A stretch of 64,000 nt of DNA from an uncultured virus (IMG/VR IMGVR_UViG_3300001544_000071) (lineage: Duplodnaviria > Heunggongvirae > Uroviricota > Caudoviricetes). The translations under genes were made by a program, and so were the position numbers. The notes below the pieces were generated by a model that saw only the letters and a program-made list of their open reading frames with translations, ran no database searches and was not told the origin of the DNA. The stretch lies in IMG/VR virus record IMGVR_UViG_3300001544_000071; one strand, written 5' to 3'. The stretch's first letter is position 1, and every line of letters starts with the position of its first letter. Below are positions 1-8,508 of the stretch, piece after piece.

Positions 1-95
1 TCCCTTGTCCCCCCTGTCTTTTTATTCCCTTGTCCCCCTGTCTTTTTATTCCCTTGTCCCCCTGTCTTTTTATTCCCTTGTCCCCCTGTCTTTTT
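1..95. repeat. Tandem repeat, 4 x 24 bp (TCCCTTGTCCCCCTGTCTTTTTAT)
   Basis: Directly visible; truncated by the window start. Confidence 0.95.
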
Positions 96-205
96 GTGTT
101 ATGTGAATAGAAGTATACTATTATAATTCACAGGTCAAAAATCGCGCGGCCAAAACGGTTGCAAAAAAACAAAAAATCAAAAAAGACTCCCCTCAGCAGG
201 AATGT

Positions 206-272
206 CGCATAACACATAGCGCATAACACATAGCGCATAACACATAGCGCATAACACATAGCGCATAACACA
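206..272 (+). repeat. Tandem repeat, ~5 x 14 bp (CGCATAACACATAG)
   Basis: Directly visible. Confidence 0.95.
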
Positions 273-279
273 AAATAGC

Positions 280-438
280 GTTATGCGCTATGTCTCCCCG
301 CTCCCCTTAGCGTTATGCGCAATTCCCCGTAACCCGATTCTGTTATGCGCAATTCCCCGCTCCCCTTAGCGTTATGCGCAATTCCCCGCTCCCCTTAGCG
401 TTATGCGCAATTCCCCGTAACCCGATTCTGTTATGCGC
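280..438 (-). repeat. Six GTTATGCGC cores at 29-32 bp spacing
   Basis: Cores at 280, 312, 342, 371, 400, 430; the core is the reverse complement of GCGCATAAC in the 206-272 array. Confidence 0.9.
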
Positions 439-658
439 AATAATTAACATATTCTCTTTTATCTTTTTGGAATAGTTTGCTACGCATAACAACACTAATT
501 GCATAACCAAAACAACCAACAAAACAAGTTTTATATTTAACCTGTTTTACCCAGTTACCTTGATTGTCTTGAAAATAGGGAATAATGAAAAAGTTATCTG
601 CGTTATGTAAAACTTCCCATTTTATCCCTTGCTTTTTAATTGTTTTTAAGACTTTCAT
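431..658 (-). CDS. Hypothetical protein (75 aa)
   Basis: ORF with AAGGGGG SD-like sequence upstream. Confidence 0.55.
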   Translation of the reverse strand: MKVLKTIKKQGIKWEVLHNADNFFIIPYFQDNQGNWVKQVKYKTCFVGCFGYAISVVMRSKLFQKDKREYVNYCA

Positions 659-668
659 AGAATCCCCC

Positions 669-717
669 TTAAAATGCTTAAAATATGCTTAAAATATGCT
701 TAAAATATGCTTAAAAT
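669..717. repeat. Tandem 11-bp repeat (AAAATATGCTT)
   Basis: Directly visible, ~4 copies. Confidence 0.85.
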
Positions 718-764
718 GTTGTTAATGTATACTTTTTCATACTTATTTGTCTACTTTTTCATAC

Positions 765-1583
765 TTTTTAGTATACTTCATTGCGCATAATGCGCTTGTT
801 AGTTGACATTTAGTATACTTAATGACGCATTTTCGTAAAATTAGTGGTGTATTGCACTGTATATTATACAAAAAACCCTATTTTTTAGGCTTTTTTGGCC
901 TATTTTTAAGTTAATATGTTGAAAAAACAACAAAAAACAAACAAAAAATGGCATAATCGGTCAAGACGGAACGCAAAAAACAGAGGAAAATGCCCATTTT
1001 TCGGTTTCTTTTTTTCGGTTAATTCCTTACCCTGTAATGACTTACGTGAAAGTATACTATTTTTTGCTTTATTATTATTCGTGTTTTTCACTCCAAAAAA
1101 TAATTTTTTTTTCAAAAAATCAGTAAAATAATCCTTTTTTCTTTTGTTTTTTTCAAAATTAAAACAAAAAGTACTAATCTAATTTAGTATACTATTTTGC
1201 TATACTATTTTTTGTATAGAGAAAAATAATAATTTTTTTTTATTTTTATAAAAAAACTGTTTTACACTGTTTGTATTTAATCAAATAATAGTATACTATT
1301 CCATAATTCCTTACTACATAACGACTTACGCCAAAAAACAAACAACAAAAAAGCCCAAAAAAGCCTTATTTTCATAATCGGTCATGGCCGATTATACCCA
1401 TTTTGGCCATTTTTTGGCCTTAATTTTGCTATACTATCATAAAAACAAGCTATTTTAACCCATTTTTAGGGCTTTTTTGCATTATTAACAGTGTAATACA
1501 CCACTAATTTTACGAAAATGCGTCATTAAGTATACTTTATAGCACATAACACGTTTGTTATACGACAAAAAGTATACTAAAAA
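765..1583. repeat. Long degenerate inverted repeat centred at ~1174
   Basis: 812-860 vs 1488-1536 match 48/49 as reverse complements; other symmetric islands share the same centre. Confidence 0.9.
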
Positions 1584-1620
1584 GCCCAGTTTTACCGCTT
1601 TTTTGGGCAAAACTGGGCTT
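1582..1620 (-). terminator. Putative intrinsic terminator
   Basis: AAGCCCAGTTTT...AAAACTGGGCTT hairpin just after the 1637 stop, with a T-run on the - strand. Confidence 0.6.
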
Positions 1621-1636
1621 AAAAATGTGCGATATT

Positions 1637-2620
1637 TTATAAAATACCGCTCACTTTTGATAAATTCGGCTTTTCGGCCATGAATCTTACAGCCATTTTT
1701 TCGGCTTTTTCGGCCATTTTTTGGCTTTCAAGTCTATGAACTATGTCAAGTAATTTATTCCTTGACACGTTTCCAAAATATCGGCTATTCATACGATTAA
1801 CCGATTTTTTCAGCGCATGGCCTAACCTTACTTTATTGGAAACCTGTTGTTTCCATTGAATAAGGTTAGCTATTTGTTTGCCACTTAACATGGCAAACAC
1901 ATTTTCAGTACCTACTTTTTCTAAGTTTTGCATAACAATATTTTCAGGGTTATATCGGTTATAATTCCTTGACGAACTAATACCGATTCCTACCCTTTCG
2001 TCAGTTGAAAGGCCGTTACATGCACTAAAGATTGTAACGGCTTTTTCGCTTTCAATAGCGAATAACCCACTGTCATACTCTGTTTTGGCAATTTTTAATT
2101 TATCACCAAAACATATAACATCGTCAATATTATTGACTATATCAATAAAATTGACTTCCATAGTCAAGTTTGACAGCCTTGAAAGCTGTCTCTTTTCTAC
2201 TTGGCTATCTTGAATACGCTCAATGGCCTCATTGAACGATAAGCCCTTGGCTTTTTCCCTGCGTATCCGATGTATTGCCGAGTTGTAACAATACATTGGA
2301 GACATATTCCTTGCTTTTTCAATCTTTGCAAGGATTTTTTCCATGTTTTTTTCTAGGCGTTCAATGTTAAAATCACCCTTTTTTTCTAAAGCATTTTTTT
2401 CCTCTTGCAATAAAAGAAACTTTTTTGTTTCTTTTTCTATTATTGCTTGGGGAATAAGGTACGCAATGGATAAAATATCCATAGCGTTTTTATAACCGAG
2501 ACTTAAAACAGTCTCGGTTAATGCTTGCCATGACAAGGCGTTTTTTTCTGCCTTGTCCATTTTTTGCCATGCTAGGCGCATGGCTTTAATTTTGTTTGCT
2601 TTTTCTACTGTCATTGTCAT
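1637..2620 (-). CDS. Putative divergent sigma70-family (ECF/sigma28-like) sigma factor
   Basis: AMDILSIAYL resembles region 2.2; YCYNSAIHRIRR resembles region 2.4; NPENIV...FAMLSGKQ resembles the linker/4.1; good SD (AAGGA). Confidence 0.5.
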   Translation of the reverse strand: MTMTVEKANKIKAMRLAWQKMDKAEKNALSWQALTETVLSLGYKNAMDILSIAYLIPQAIIEKETKKFLLLQEEKNALEKKGDFNIERLEKNMEKILAKIEKARNMSPMYCYNSAIHRIRREKAKGLSFNEAIERIQDSQVEKRQLSRLSNLTMEVNFIDIVNNIDDVICFGDKLKIAKTEYDSGLFAIESEKAVTIFSACNGLSTDERVGIGISSSRNYNRYNPENIVMQNLEKVGTENVFAMLSGKQIANLIQWKQQVSNKVRLGHALKKSVNRMNSRYFGNVSRNKLLDIVHRLESQKMAEKAEKMAVRFMAEKPNLSKVSGIL

Positions 2621-2669
2621 AGCGGTATCCTTTAACGTAATATTAAACTACACAAGTAGTTATACTTAT

Positions 2670-2698
2670 ATTATCGCATATTTTGTAAAATTAGTCAA
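2670..2698 (-). promoter_or_regulatory. Host sigma70-type promoter for the 1637-2620 gene
   Basis: TTGACT-N17-GATAAT on the - strand. Confidence 0.6.
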
Positions 2699-2738
2699 AC
2701 AATAATTGATTATTTTTTCAATTTTCTTAAAAATAATA

Positions 2739-2774
2739 GGCCATTTTACTACATTGTTGTATAGTAAAATGGCC
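2739..2774 (-). terminator. Putative terminator hairpin
   Basis: GGCCATTTTACTA...TAGTAAAATGGCC downstream of the 2853 stop. Confidence 0.55.
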
Positions 2775-2852
2775 ATATAAACTACTTTTTGCATTTTCGG
2801 CAAGTATGATACTTACCCTTAAAATGCTTAAAACAAACAACACAAACAACTT

Positions 2853-3191
2853 TCATTTTTCACCCCGTTTTACATACAATGGTATGTCAATGTTGAATCC
2901 ACGTACTAACAACCCAGTGTTTATATCCATATTGGTTACACTTTCACAGTTGTAATGGATATTGCCGTAATGGGCAATTAAGCAATGCTCAATATGCTCA
3001 TTGTGTTTTTTTGGCAATAGATTTTTAACAAGTTTCATCGAATTGCCTTTACACTCATACATCGCAAGATTAACTGTAAGGCGCAATACATTACCGTCAA
3101 TTGCATAATGGGCAATTTGAAAGCCTAGCCATTTAAGGCATTTGATAACGTCAATTGCATAATCGGCGTTAAGTTTTTTCGGTAGTTTCAT
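2853..3191 (-). CDS. Hypothetical protein
   Basis: ORF with AAGGAG SD. Confidence 0.75.
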   Translation of the reverse strand: MKLPKKLNADYAIDVIKCLKWLGFQIAHYAIDGNVLRLTVNLAMYECKGNSMKLVKNLLPKKHNEHIEHCLIAHYGNIHYNCESVTNMDINTGLLVRGFNIDIPLYVKRGEK

Positions 3192-3194
3192 TGG

Positions 3195-3644
3195 TTACTC
3201 CTTATATTCAACAAGTTTTTCAATTGTGTTGTATTTTAACCTAGTGTCAAAATACCTAATAAGTTCAACATCATTTGGTAAATGTAGTTTTGTTGAACTG
3301 TTGTTATTATCAACCCAATATCCACCGGATATTGTATTCTTTTTAACAATCAACAATGCACATTTATCAACCAAATAATAACCTTGAAAATTACCCATGT
3401 AACTATCTTCAATAGCCTGTAAGGTTTTTTCTGTTGCGTCTTGCAAGGCATAAAAACAAGCAAAACATAGGTTTTTTCCTTCCAGTGTGTCAAGGTTGAA
3501 AGAATACCTTATTGTATTTAACAAGTTTTCTTTAGGCTGTATTGTTTCACAGCACATACAATAAATTGCTTTTTCATCAGTAGTAAAGCAATTACAGCCA
3601 AAATGTGTACTTTCACAATAGGTACAGTTTTCAAGTGTTTTCAT
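3195..3644 (-). CDS. Hypothetical Cys-rich (zinc-finger-like) protein
   Basis: CxxC pairs; start moved to ATG 3644 behind an AAGAGGA SD. Confidence 0.7.
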   Translation of the reverse strand: MKTLENCTYCESTHFGCNCFTTDEKAIYCMCCETIQPKENLLNTIRYSFNLDTLEGKNLCFACFYALQDATEKTLQAIEDSYMGNFQGYYLVDKCALLIVKKNTISGGYWVDNNNSSTKLHLPNDVELIRYFDTRLKYNTIEKLVEYKE

Positions 3645-3672
3645 GGTTTTCCTCTTTAGTGTTTTGATACCC

Positions 3673-4047
3673 ATATAGGCAATAAAAAAGTAAAGTGAGA
3701 CATTTTTCTTAAAAATATTTTTTGTCCCATTTTGCTTTAAGGCAAAAAGATAAAGATTATTTTTTGTCCCATTTTGCTTTTTTATTGCCTATATTCCCGA
3801 TTTTCAAAAAATATAGGCAATAAAAAAGCAAAATGGGACAACTTTTATTTTTTGTCCCATTTTGCTTTAAGGCAAAAAGATAAAGATTATTTTTTGTCCC
3901 ATTTTGCTTTAAGGCAAAAAGATAAAGATTATTTTTTGTCCCATTTTGCTTTTTTATTGCCTATATTTTCAGCTTGCGCAAGGCAAGCAAAAAAGTTTCA
4001 CCTAACGGCAAGAAAAATGTCTCACCTGCATTTTTTATTGCCTATAT
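3673..4047. promoter_or_regulatory. Divergent promoter cluster: five full TGTC(T/C)CA-N10-TTATTGCCTATAT copies plus 42-bp direct repeats
   Basis: Copies at 3673-3702(-), 3765-3794(+), 3811-3840(-), 3937-3966(+), 4018-4047(+). Confidence 0.8.
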
Positions 4048-4092
4048 CAACGGAAACCAAAAAACAAAACTAATTTTAAGAGAGGTAACACA

Positions 4093-4356
4093 ATGGCAAA
4101 AAACAAAACAATGGATTTTTCTTCCGCTCCCGACACTCCGGTAGCTAGGACAACAGACAATAAAGCTCCGGCAGCCCTTATCTGTACTATTACAGATAGT
4201 GAAGGCCGGCAATGGGGAACGGTAGCACTGGACTCTAAGCAGTTCAGTACTGGAAGTGTGGGTTTCTACGGTAACGGCAAGATACTTAACCCTGCTAACC
4301 CGATAGCCAGATACCAGATAGGCTTTACAGCTACACTGGTTGGGAGCAAAGGGTAA
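4093..4356 (+). CDS. Hypothetical protein
   Basis: GAGG SD; first gene after the motif at 4018. Confidence 0.8.
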   Translation: MAKNKTMDFSSAPDTPVARTTDNKAPAALICTITDSEGRQWGTVALDSKQFSTGSVGFYGNGKILNPANPIARYQIGFTATLVGSKG

Positions 4357-4480
4357 CATGGTTATTCAGGGGTGGTCATCCTTAGTGGTGGCTGTAGTAA
4401 GTGGTACACTGTACCATGAGCGCACGGGCGGTTCGGCGCACTCCTATACTGTTTGATAAACTAATAAATTGGAGGTATAT

Positions 4481-4762
4481 ATGGTTAGTGTTTTAATCAA
4501 TAACAGCGGTAGGGCTGTTAATAATCACATTGTACACAATGCTCCCAGCGGTGCATATTTGCAGTCATACGCAAGTATTGTGGCTTACGTCTCCCATGAC
4601 AGGAAAGAGGTTTTATTGGGCAGGAGTTGGAACTTTAGCAGGACTACTGTGAAGTATGTACGGCAATTCATAGCACAACTGACAGGACTGCAATACACAT
4701 CACAGGAACTACAGCAGGAGTTTGAGGTAGTATGTCTTGAGAGCAAAAGGAGAGAGGAATGA
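4481..4762 (+). CDS. Hypothetical phage protein (QSY...SRTT motif)
   Basis: GGAGG SD; motif pattern recalled from phage early genes. Confidence 0.75.
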   Translation: MVSVLINNSGRAVNNHIVHNAPSGAYLQSYASIVAYVSHDRKEVLLGRSWNFSRTTVKYVRQFIAQLTGLQYTSQELQQEFEVVCLESKRREE

Positions 4763-4995
4763 ATGTTAGCTATTGCTGGCGTGATACAAAGAACGGCAAG
4801 GGTGTAATTCTTTACAAGCGTGAAGGCGCGAAGGTTGTAGCAAGAAAAGGCATAACAGGAAAAGCGGCTGAACGCTTTAGGGGACAGTTTGCCATAGCAA
4901 AGGCACAGGAAGTTGACGGCAGGAGTAATCCGGTAGGATTGCCGCTGAAACACATTGTTTGTGAAAGCTGGTTTAAGGGGGAAAGTTGTGAGTAG
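4759..4995 (+). CDS. Hypothetical protein
   Basis: ATGA overlap with the upstream gene; SD. Confidence 0.7.
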   Translation: MNVSYCWRDTKNGKGVILYKREGAKVVARKGITGKAAERFRGQFAIAKAQEVDGRSNPVGLPLKHIVCESWFKGESCE

Positions 4996-5284
4996 AAAAA
5001 TACCAAAAGTACAAAACCTGAATAGCATATTGCTGGAAGGGTATGCTGTGGATTTGGTTGGGGACACTTTTGTTCTGCTTTCTTCAAGGATTGCAGACAA
5101 GAAGTTAGGGCAGGAAGTAACAGCAGTCAGGATTATGATACAGAATGAGGAACTGCTGGCAGGTGTACAGACACAGTATAAAGAAAAGAGAGGTGTGCGG
5201 GTAGTGGGCAGGATTGCGGCTATAACAGCCAGATTTGGGGACACTCTTGCCATTATTCCCGAACATATTGAATGGAGACCGTAA
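4988..5284 (+). CDS. ssb: Short SSB-like OB-fold protein (spirochaete type)
   Basis: NLNSILLEG...GVRVVGR...EHIEWRP matches the Treponema-type SSB pattern. Confidence 0.7.
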   Translation: MSRKIPKVQNLNSILLEGYAVDLVGDTFVLLSSRIADKKLGQEVTAVRIMIQNEELLAGVQTQYKEKRGVRVVGRIAAITARFGDTLAIIPEHIEWRP

Positions 5285-5670
5285 TGAACGTAACAATCAA
5301 CAAGCAAAGCAGGAAAGCCATATTGTGCCGGTTTCCTTGTAAGACGGAGGATAACTCTGTCAATGAGTTGGAAGTAACTGTCCAGTATCAGGTAGACGGG
5401 GAATATGGCAGGGGCTATGTGATGTATGTAACACCGCAATTCCGTAGCGCACAATATCCGCATATTACCGCAAAGCCGTGTCTTAGGCAAATGATGCGGC
5501 AAGTACCCCGCTTTTCCGAAAGGGTTATGTTTAATATAATCCATGACAGGATTGCGAAGCAGGTTATGTTTGGTATGTTGTTCGAAGTCATAGGGAATTA
5601 TGGCATTACTTTTGAGGATAAACATCTTACTGACTGGGTACAGGAAACATGGGGGAGGTATCAAGCATGA
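5284..5670 (+). CDS. Hypothetical protein
   Basis: Coupled ORF with GGAG SD. Confidence 0.7.
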   Translation: MNVTINKQSRKAILCRFPCKTEDNSVNELEVTVQYQVDGEYGRGYVMYVTPQFRSAQYPHITAKPCLRQMMRQVPRFSERVMFNIIHDRIAKQVMFGMLFEVIGNYGITFEDKHLTDWVQETWGRYQA

Positions 5671-5891
5671 TAGTAACTATTGAGTACAGTGTTGTTATAG
5701 ATGTGCCGGTGGAAGGTATGTCAGTGCTGCAATTGGAAGAATTGCAGGACAGCAATAATCCTGACGACAGGGACAGGTTTGAGGAAATTATGGACAGGAC
5801 TTATGCGACAGCTCTGGAGTTTGTGCGTAATGGCCTTGAGGCAGACTCTGAAGGAAACAAGGGCTTGCTTACTGTTTTGGACAAGAGGTAA
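5667..5891 (+). CDS. Hypothetical acidic protein
   Basis: ATGA coupling; GGAGG SD. Confidence 0.7.
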   Translation: MIVTIEYSVVIDVPVEGMSVLQLEELQDSNNPDDRDRFEEIMDRTYATALEFVRNGLEADSEGNKGLLTVLDKR

Positions 5892-5893
5892 AT

Positions 5894-6232
5894 ATGGGGC
5901 ATAAGGTTGTAACTGTTGTAGCAAAGTTTGTTTGCCATGATGACTGGTCGGCGGATAAGATAATTACCCATGCGCTTGCTGAAAGCGATGGTGTGCCATG
6001 TACGATTGATGTAACGGAAACCGAGGCTGTGCATACGCCAGCCCCTACTTTCATGGGTGCGGATTGTATAGACTGCGACCATGAGGAACTTTCAGATGTT
6101 TCGTTGCTCTATCCTGATGAGCAGGTGTGTCCATGCAGGGCTTGCAGCTACAGGAACGTCTGTTGTGTCAACATGAGCGTTGCTACTCGTGCTAATTGCA
6201 GCAGGTATCAAGATTTCTTGAAATCGCTGTGA
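5894..6232 (+). CDS. Hypothetical Cys-rich protein
   Basis: GAGG SD. Confidence 0.7.
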   Translation: MGHKVVTVVAKFVCHDDWSADKIITHALAESDGVPCTIDVTETEAVHTPAPTFMGADCIDCDHEELSDVSLLYPDEQVCPCRACSYRNVCCVNMSVATRANCSRYQDFLKSL

Positions 6233-6308
6233 TAGCCTGCTGTTAGCAGGAATACATCAAAGTTAAGGCGGTGTGAATGACAGCATAGTACACACATATC
6301 GGTACTCA

Positions 6309-6339
6309 CCCTGCTCTTGTCCTTGAGCAGGGATTTTTT
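6309..6339 (+). terminator. Intrinsic terminator
   Basis: CCCTGCTC...GAGCAGGG followed by ATTTTTT. Confidence 0.7.
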
Positions 6340-6428
6340 GTAAGGGCAGAAGGAAACAGGCGCATTGCGTGGAAACTTGGCGGTATCCCAATAAAGCGGT
6401 TTTCTTCTGCCTTTTCAAAAAAGAAAAA

Positions 6429-6458
6429 TGTCTCACTTTCAAAAATTATTGCCTATAT
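6429..6458 (+). promoter_or_regulatory. Phage promoter motif
   Basis: TGTCTCA-N10-TTATTGCCTATAT, 21 nt before ATG 6480. Confidence 0.85.
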
Positions 6459-6479
6459 AAACGAAATCGGAGGTTAAAA

Positions 6480-6977
6480 ATGCACTTTGAAAAAAAGATA
6501 AATACGAATAGCAGGAAAGCTATGACGGACTACCTGAAAAACCATTTTAGGTATCACACCATGAATAGCTGGAACGGAATGACCAGTTATGCCCATAATG
6601 TGAAAATATACAACTTGCCTTTAACTACACAGGAAAAGGAAAAAGTGTATGAACTTATGGAACACCCTGCCTTTTATGAGGTCATTTATGACAGGCTTGC
6701 TGATTTTAACGAAAAAGGCTTTGAAGCAGGGTTTAATGGGCGTTCAAATGGGTATTTGGTACTGTATCCGAGGGAAAGTTGGGAGCTTGACAAACATGCC
6801 AATTACAGCGAATGGACAATGGAGGAATTAAGGGAACGTGTTAGATTGTTGCAAAGGTTCGCCAGACTTGCCGATGACATCATTGAAGAAGTCAGGTGGA
6901 TGGCGAATAACATGGAATTGGTGGAAGAAGAAATCCAAGTTACCAAGAAGGTAAAAGTACTCAAGGAGAAAACATGA
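6480..6977 (+). CDS. Hypothetical phage protein (HFRYHTMNSWN...GRSNGYLVL)
   Basis: GGAGG SD. Confidence 0.8.
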   Translation: MHFEKKINTNSRKAMTDYLKNHFRYHTMNSWNGMTSYAHNVKIYNLPLTTQEKEKVYELMEHPAFYEVIYDRLADFNEKGFEAGFNGRSNGYLVLYPRESWELDKHANYSEWTMEELRERVRLLQRFARLADDIIEEVRWMANNMELVEEEIQVTKKVKVLKEKT

Positions 6978-7462
6978 CATTAAAGCAGTTTAAGGAAAAA
7001 TACAAAGGCAACCGTATTGCACAATACAATAACTCTTTCGATATGTTGAAAGTTCTTGTAGGTGATATTGCGTTTTTCACGTCTTTGCGTAAGGCCGTGC
7101 CGAAGAAAGACAGGTACACACGGCAGAACTATGACGAAGCAATAAGGGCATTGGAACAGTTGAAGCAGGACGTAGAAACTATTCAAGAACCGGTATTGTG
7201 CAAAACGTGTAAGGCAGAGCTTGAAGACCTGACAAGTAACAAGTATTGTGATGTTTGCTGGGGTGATATGCGTAAAGTGGTTGTTACTACGGTATTGCAT
7301 GTTCCTTCTGCTGTAACAGAAAAAGACGTGCAGGAAGCCGTGCAAAACAGGCTTAATATCGCAGGACAGCGTGAAGACGTGTTTAATATGGATTGCCTTG
7401 CTTCTTGCGATATTGGGAGTGTCAGCGTGTACGGCAGGCGGAGTTTAGGGAAAAACAACTAG
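6974..7462 (+). CDS. Hypothetical protein
   Basis: ATGA coupling; AAGGAG SD. Confidence 0.75.
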   Translation: MTLKQFKEKYKGNRIAQYNNSFDMLKVLVGDIAFFTSLRKAVPKKDRYTRQNYDEAIRALEQLKQDVETIQEPVLCKTCKAELEDLTSNKYCDVCWGDMRKVVVTTVLHVPSAVTEKDVQEAVQNRLNIAGQREDVFNMDCLASCDIGSVSVYGRRSLGKNN

Positions 7463-7653
7463 CCCTTGCGTAAGGGTGATGCCGAATTGATAGTAGGTGT
7501 TGTTTATATAATGTAAGGCTTCCGTAACAGGAAGCCGTTTTTATAAAACACATAAAGTTTATCAGCCTGTCAGCGGCGAAGGAGACGGGACACAGCTTTT
7601 GCTAGATACTTTATGTGTTTTATAAAAGCAGACTGCTTTTTTTGAAAGATTTT

Positions 7654-7683
7654 TGTCTCATTCTTAAAAATTATTGCCTATAT
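7654..7683 (+). promoter_or_regulatory. Phage promoter motif
   Basis: TGTCTCA-N10-TTATTGCCTATAT before ATG 7701. Confidence 0.85.
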
Positions 7684-7700
7684 AGGCGAAGGAGAAAAAT

Positions 7701-7910
7701 ATGAAAATATGGCAACAGGGAGATTGGACAGTTGTGGAACACAAATTATTCGGGGAAATCGGGCAGAGCGGTATGCCCAAAACTGTGGGTTCGGTTTTTG
7801 AGTTGTTTTCAACTGAAACCGATTATGACCAAGGCATGTTTTTTAATGCTATAGACCCTGCCGTAGCGTATGGGGAAAAATTGGCACAGGAGGATTTGGA
7901 AAATGAATAA
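7701..7910 (+). CDS. Hypothetical protein
   Basis: AAGGAG SD. Confidence 0.75.
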   Translation: MKIWQQGDWTVVEHKLFGEIGQSGMPKTVGSVFELFSTETDYDQGMFFNAIDPAVAYGEKLAQEDLENE

Positions 7911-8499
7911 AGATAAACCTGTAGTTGTAGGCAGAGGCACACAACTTTTCAACGAATTACGCTGGCTTGGGAAAGTTATCAACAAGGATAGAGATGTTTG
8001 GCAGGTACTCCATGTGGAACATACAGAGGACGAAATTATCCTTGTAACCACAGATGGGCGCAGGCTTCACAAGGTTCAAACAAAACTTGGTACGTTATGT
8101 CATCCAAAGTTTTTGCCGGCTGGGGATTATATGTTCGAGAAAAATAACGATAAGGAAGTTGTGTTGACATCGTATGATATACAGTATCCGAATTGGCGGC
8201 GTGTTACGCCGGAAGGCAATCCCGAACATTTTCCGAAGTATTTGTACACAATCGACTTGAAAATACCGGAGTACACGACAAACGACAAAAGTAATTTTTC
8301 CGTTGCTTTCGGCCAGCTTACACTTTTGACCGACACGATATTTGATTTACGGTACATAGAAGCAATGGCTGACGATGACAGGTACTGGACAATAAAGTGG
8401 TATAGCAAGAAGTATGCCTTTTTGTTCAGTAACGGTATCCGGCACGCCTCTATTATGTCCAAACAGGATATGGTAATGCAGGAAGTGAGAAAGTTGTAA
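7903..8499 (+). CDS. Beta-sliding-clamp-like domain protein
   Basis: LVTTDGRRL and YPNWRRVTP resemble the DnaN motifs ATDGHRL and FPDYxRVIP. Confidence 0.5.
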   Translation: MNKDKPVVVGRGTQLFNELRWLGKVINKDRDVWQVLHVEHTEDEIILVTTDGRRLHKVQTKLGTLCHPKFLPAGDYMFEKNNDKEVVLTSYDIQYPNWRRVTPEGNPEHFPKYLYTIDLKIPEYTTNDKSNFSVAFGQLTLLTDTIFDLRYIEAMADDDRYWTIKWYSKKYAFLFSNGIRHASIMSKQDMVMQEVRKL

Positions 8500-8508
8500 G
8501 GAGAGTTT

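Noticed and set aside
206..438. CRISPR array
   Set aside because: The intervening sequences are themselves repeated and too short; no cas operon
906..1131. Two small ORFs inside the palindrome
   Set aside because: Low-complexity K/F translations of A/T tracts with no SD
765..1583. Replicated hairpin-telomere junction
   Set aside because: Such junctions are perfect palindromes at the centre, whereas this centre is asymmetric; no protelomerase recognised
3718..3970. CRISPR array or 99-aa repeat ORF (3774-4073)
   Set aside because: Tandem repeats without unique spacers; the ORF is just a translation of the repeats
4357..4468. tRNA or known ncRNA in this gap (also 6233-6308)
   Set aside because: No cloverleaf, T-loop or recognisable family
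4585..5664. 359-aa minus-strand ORF (likewise 25628-26536 and 54178-55005)
   Set aside because: Antisense shadows of well-supported genes, with no motifs
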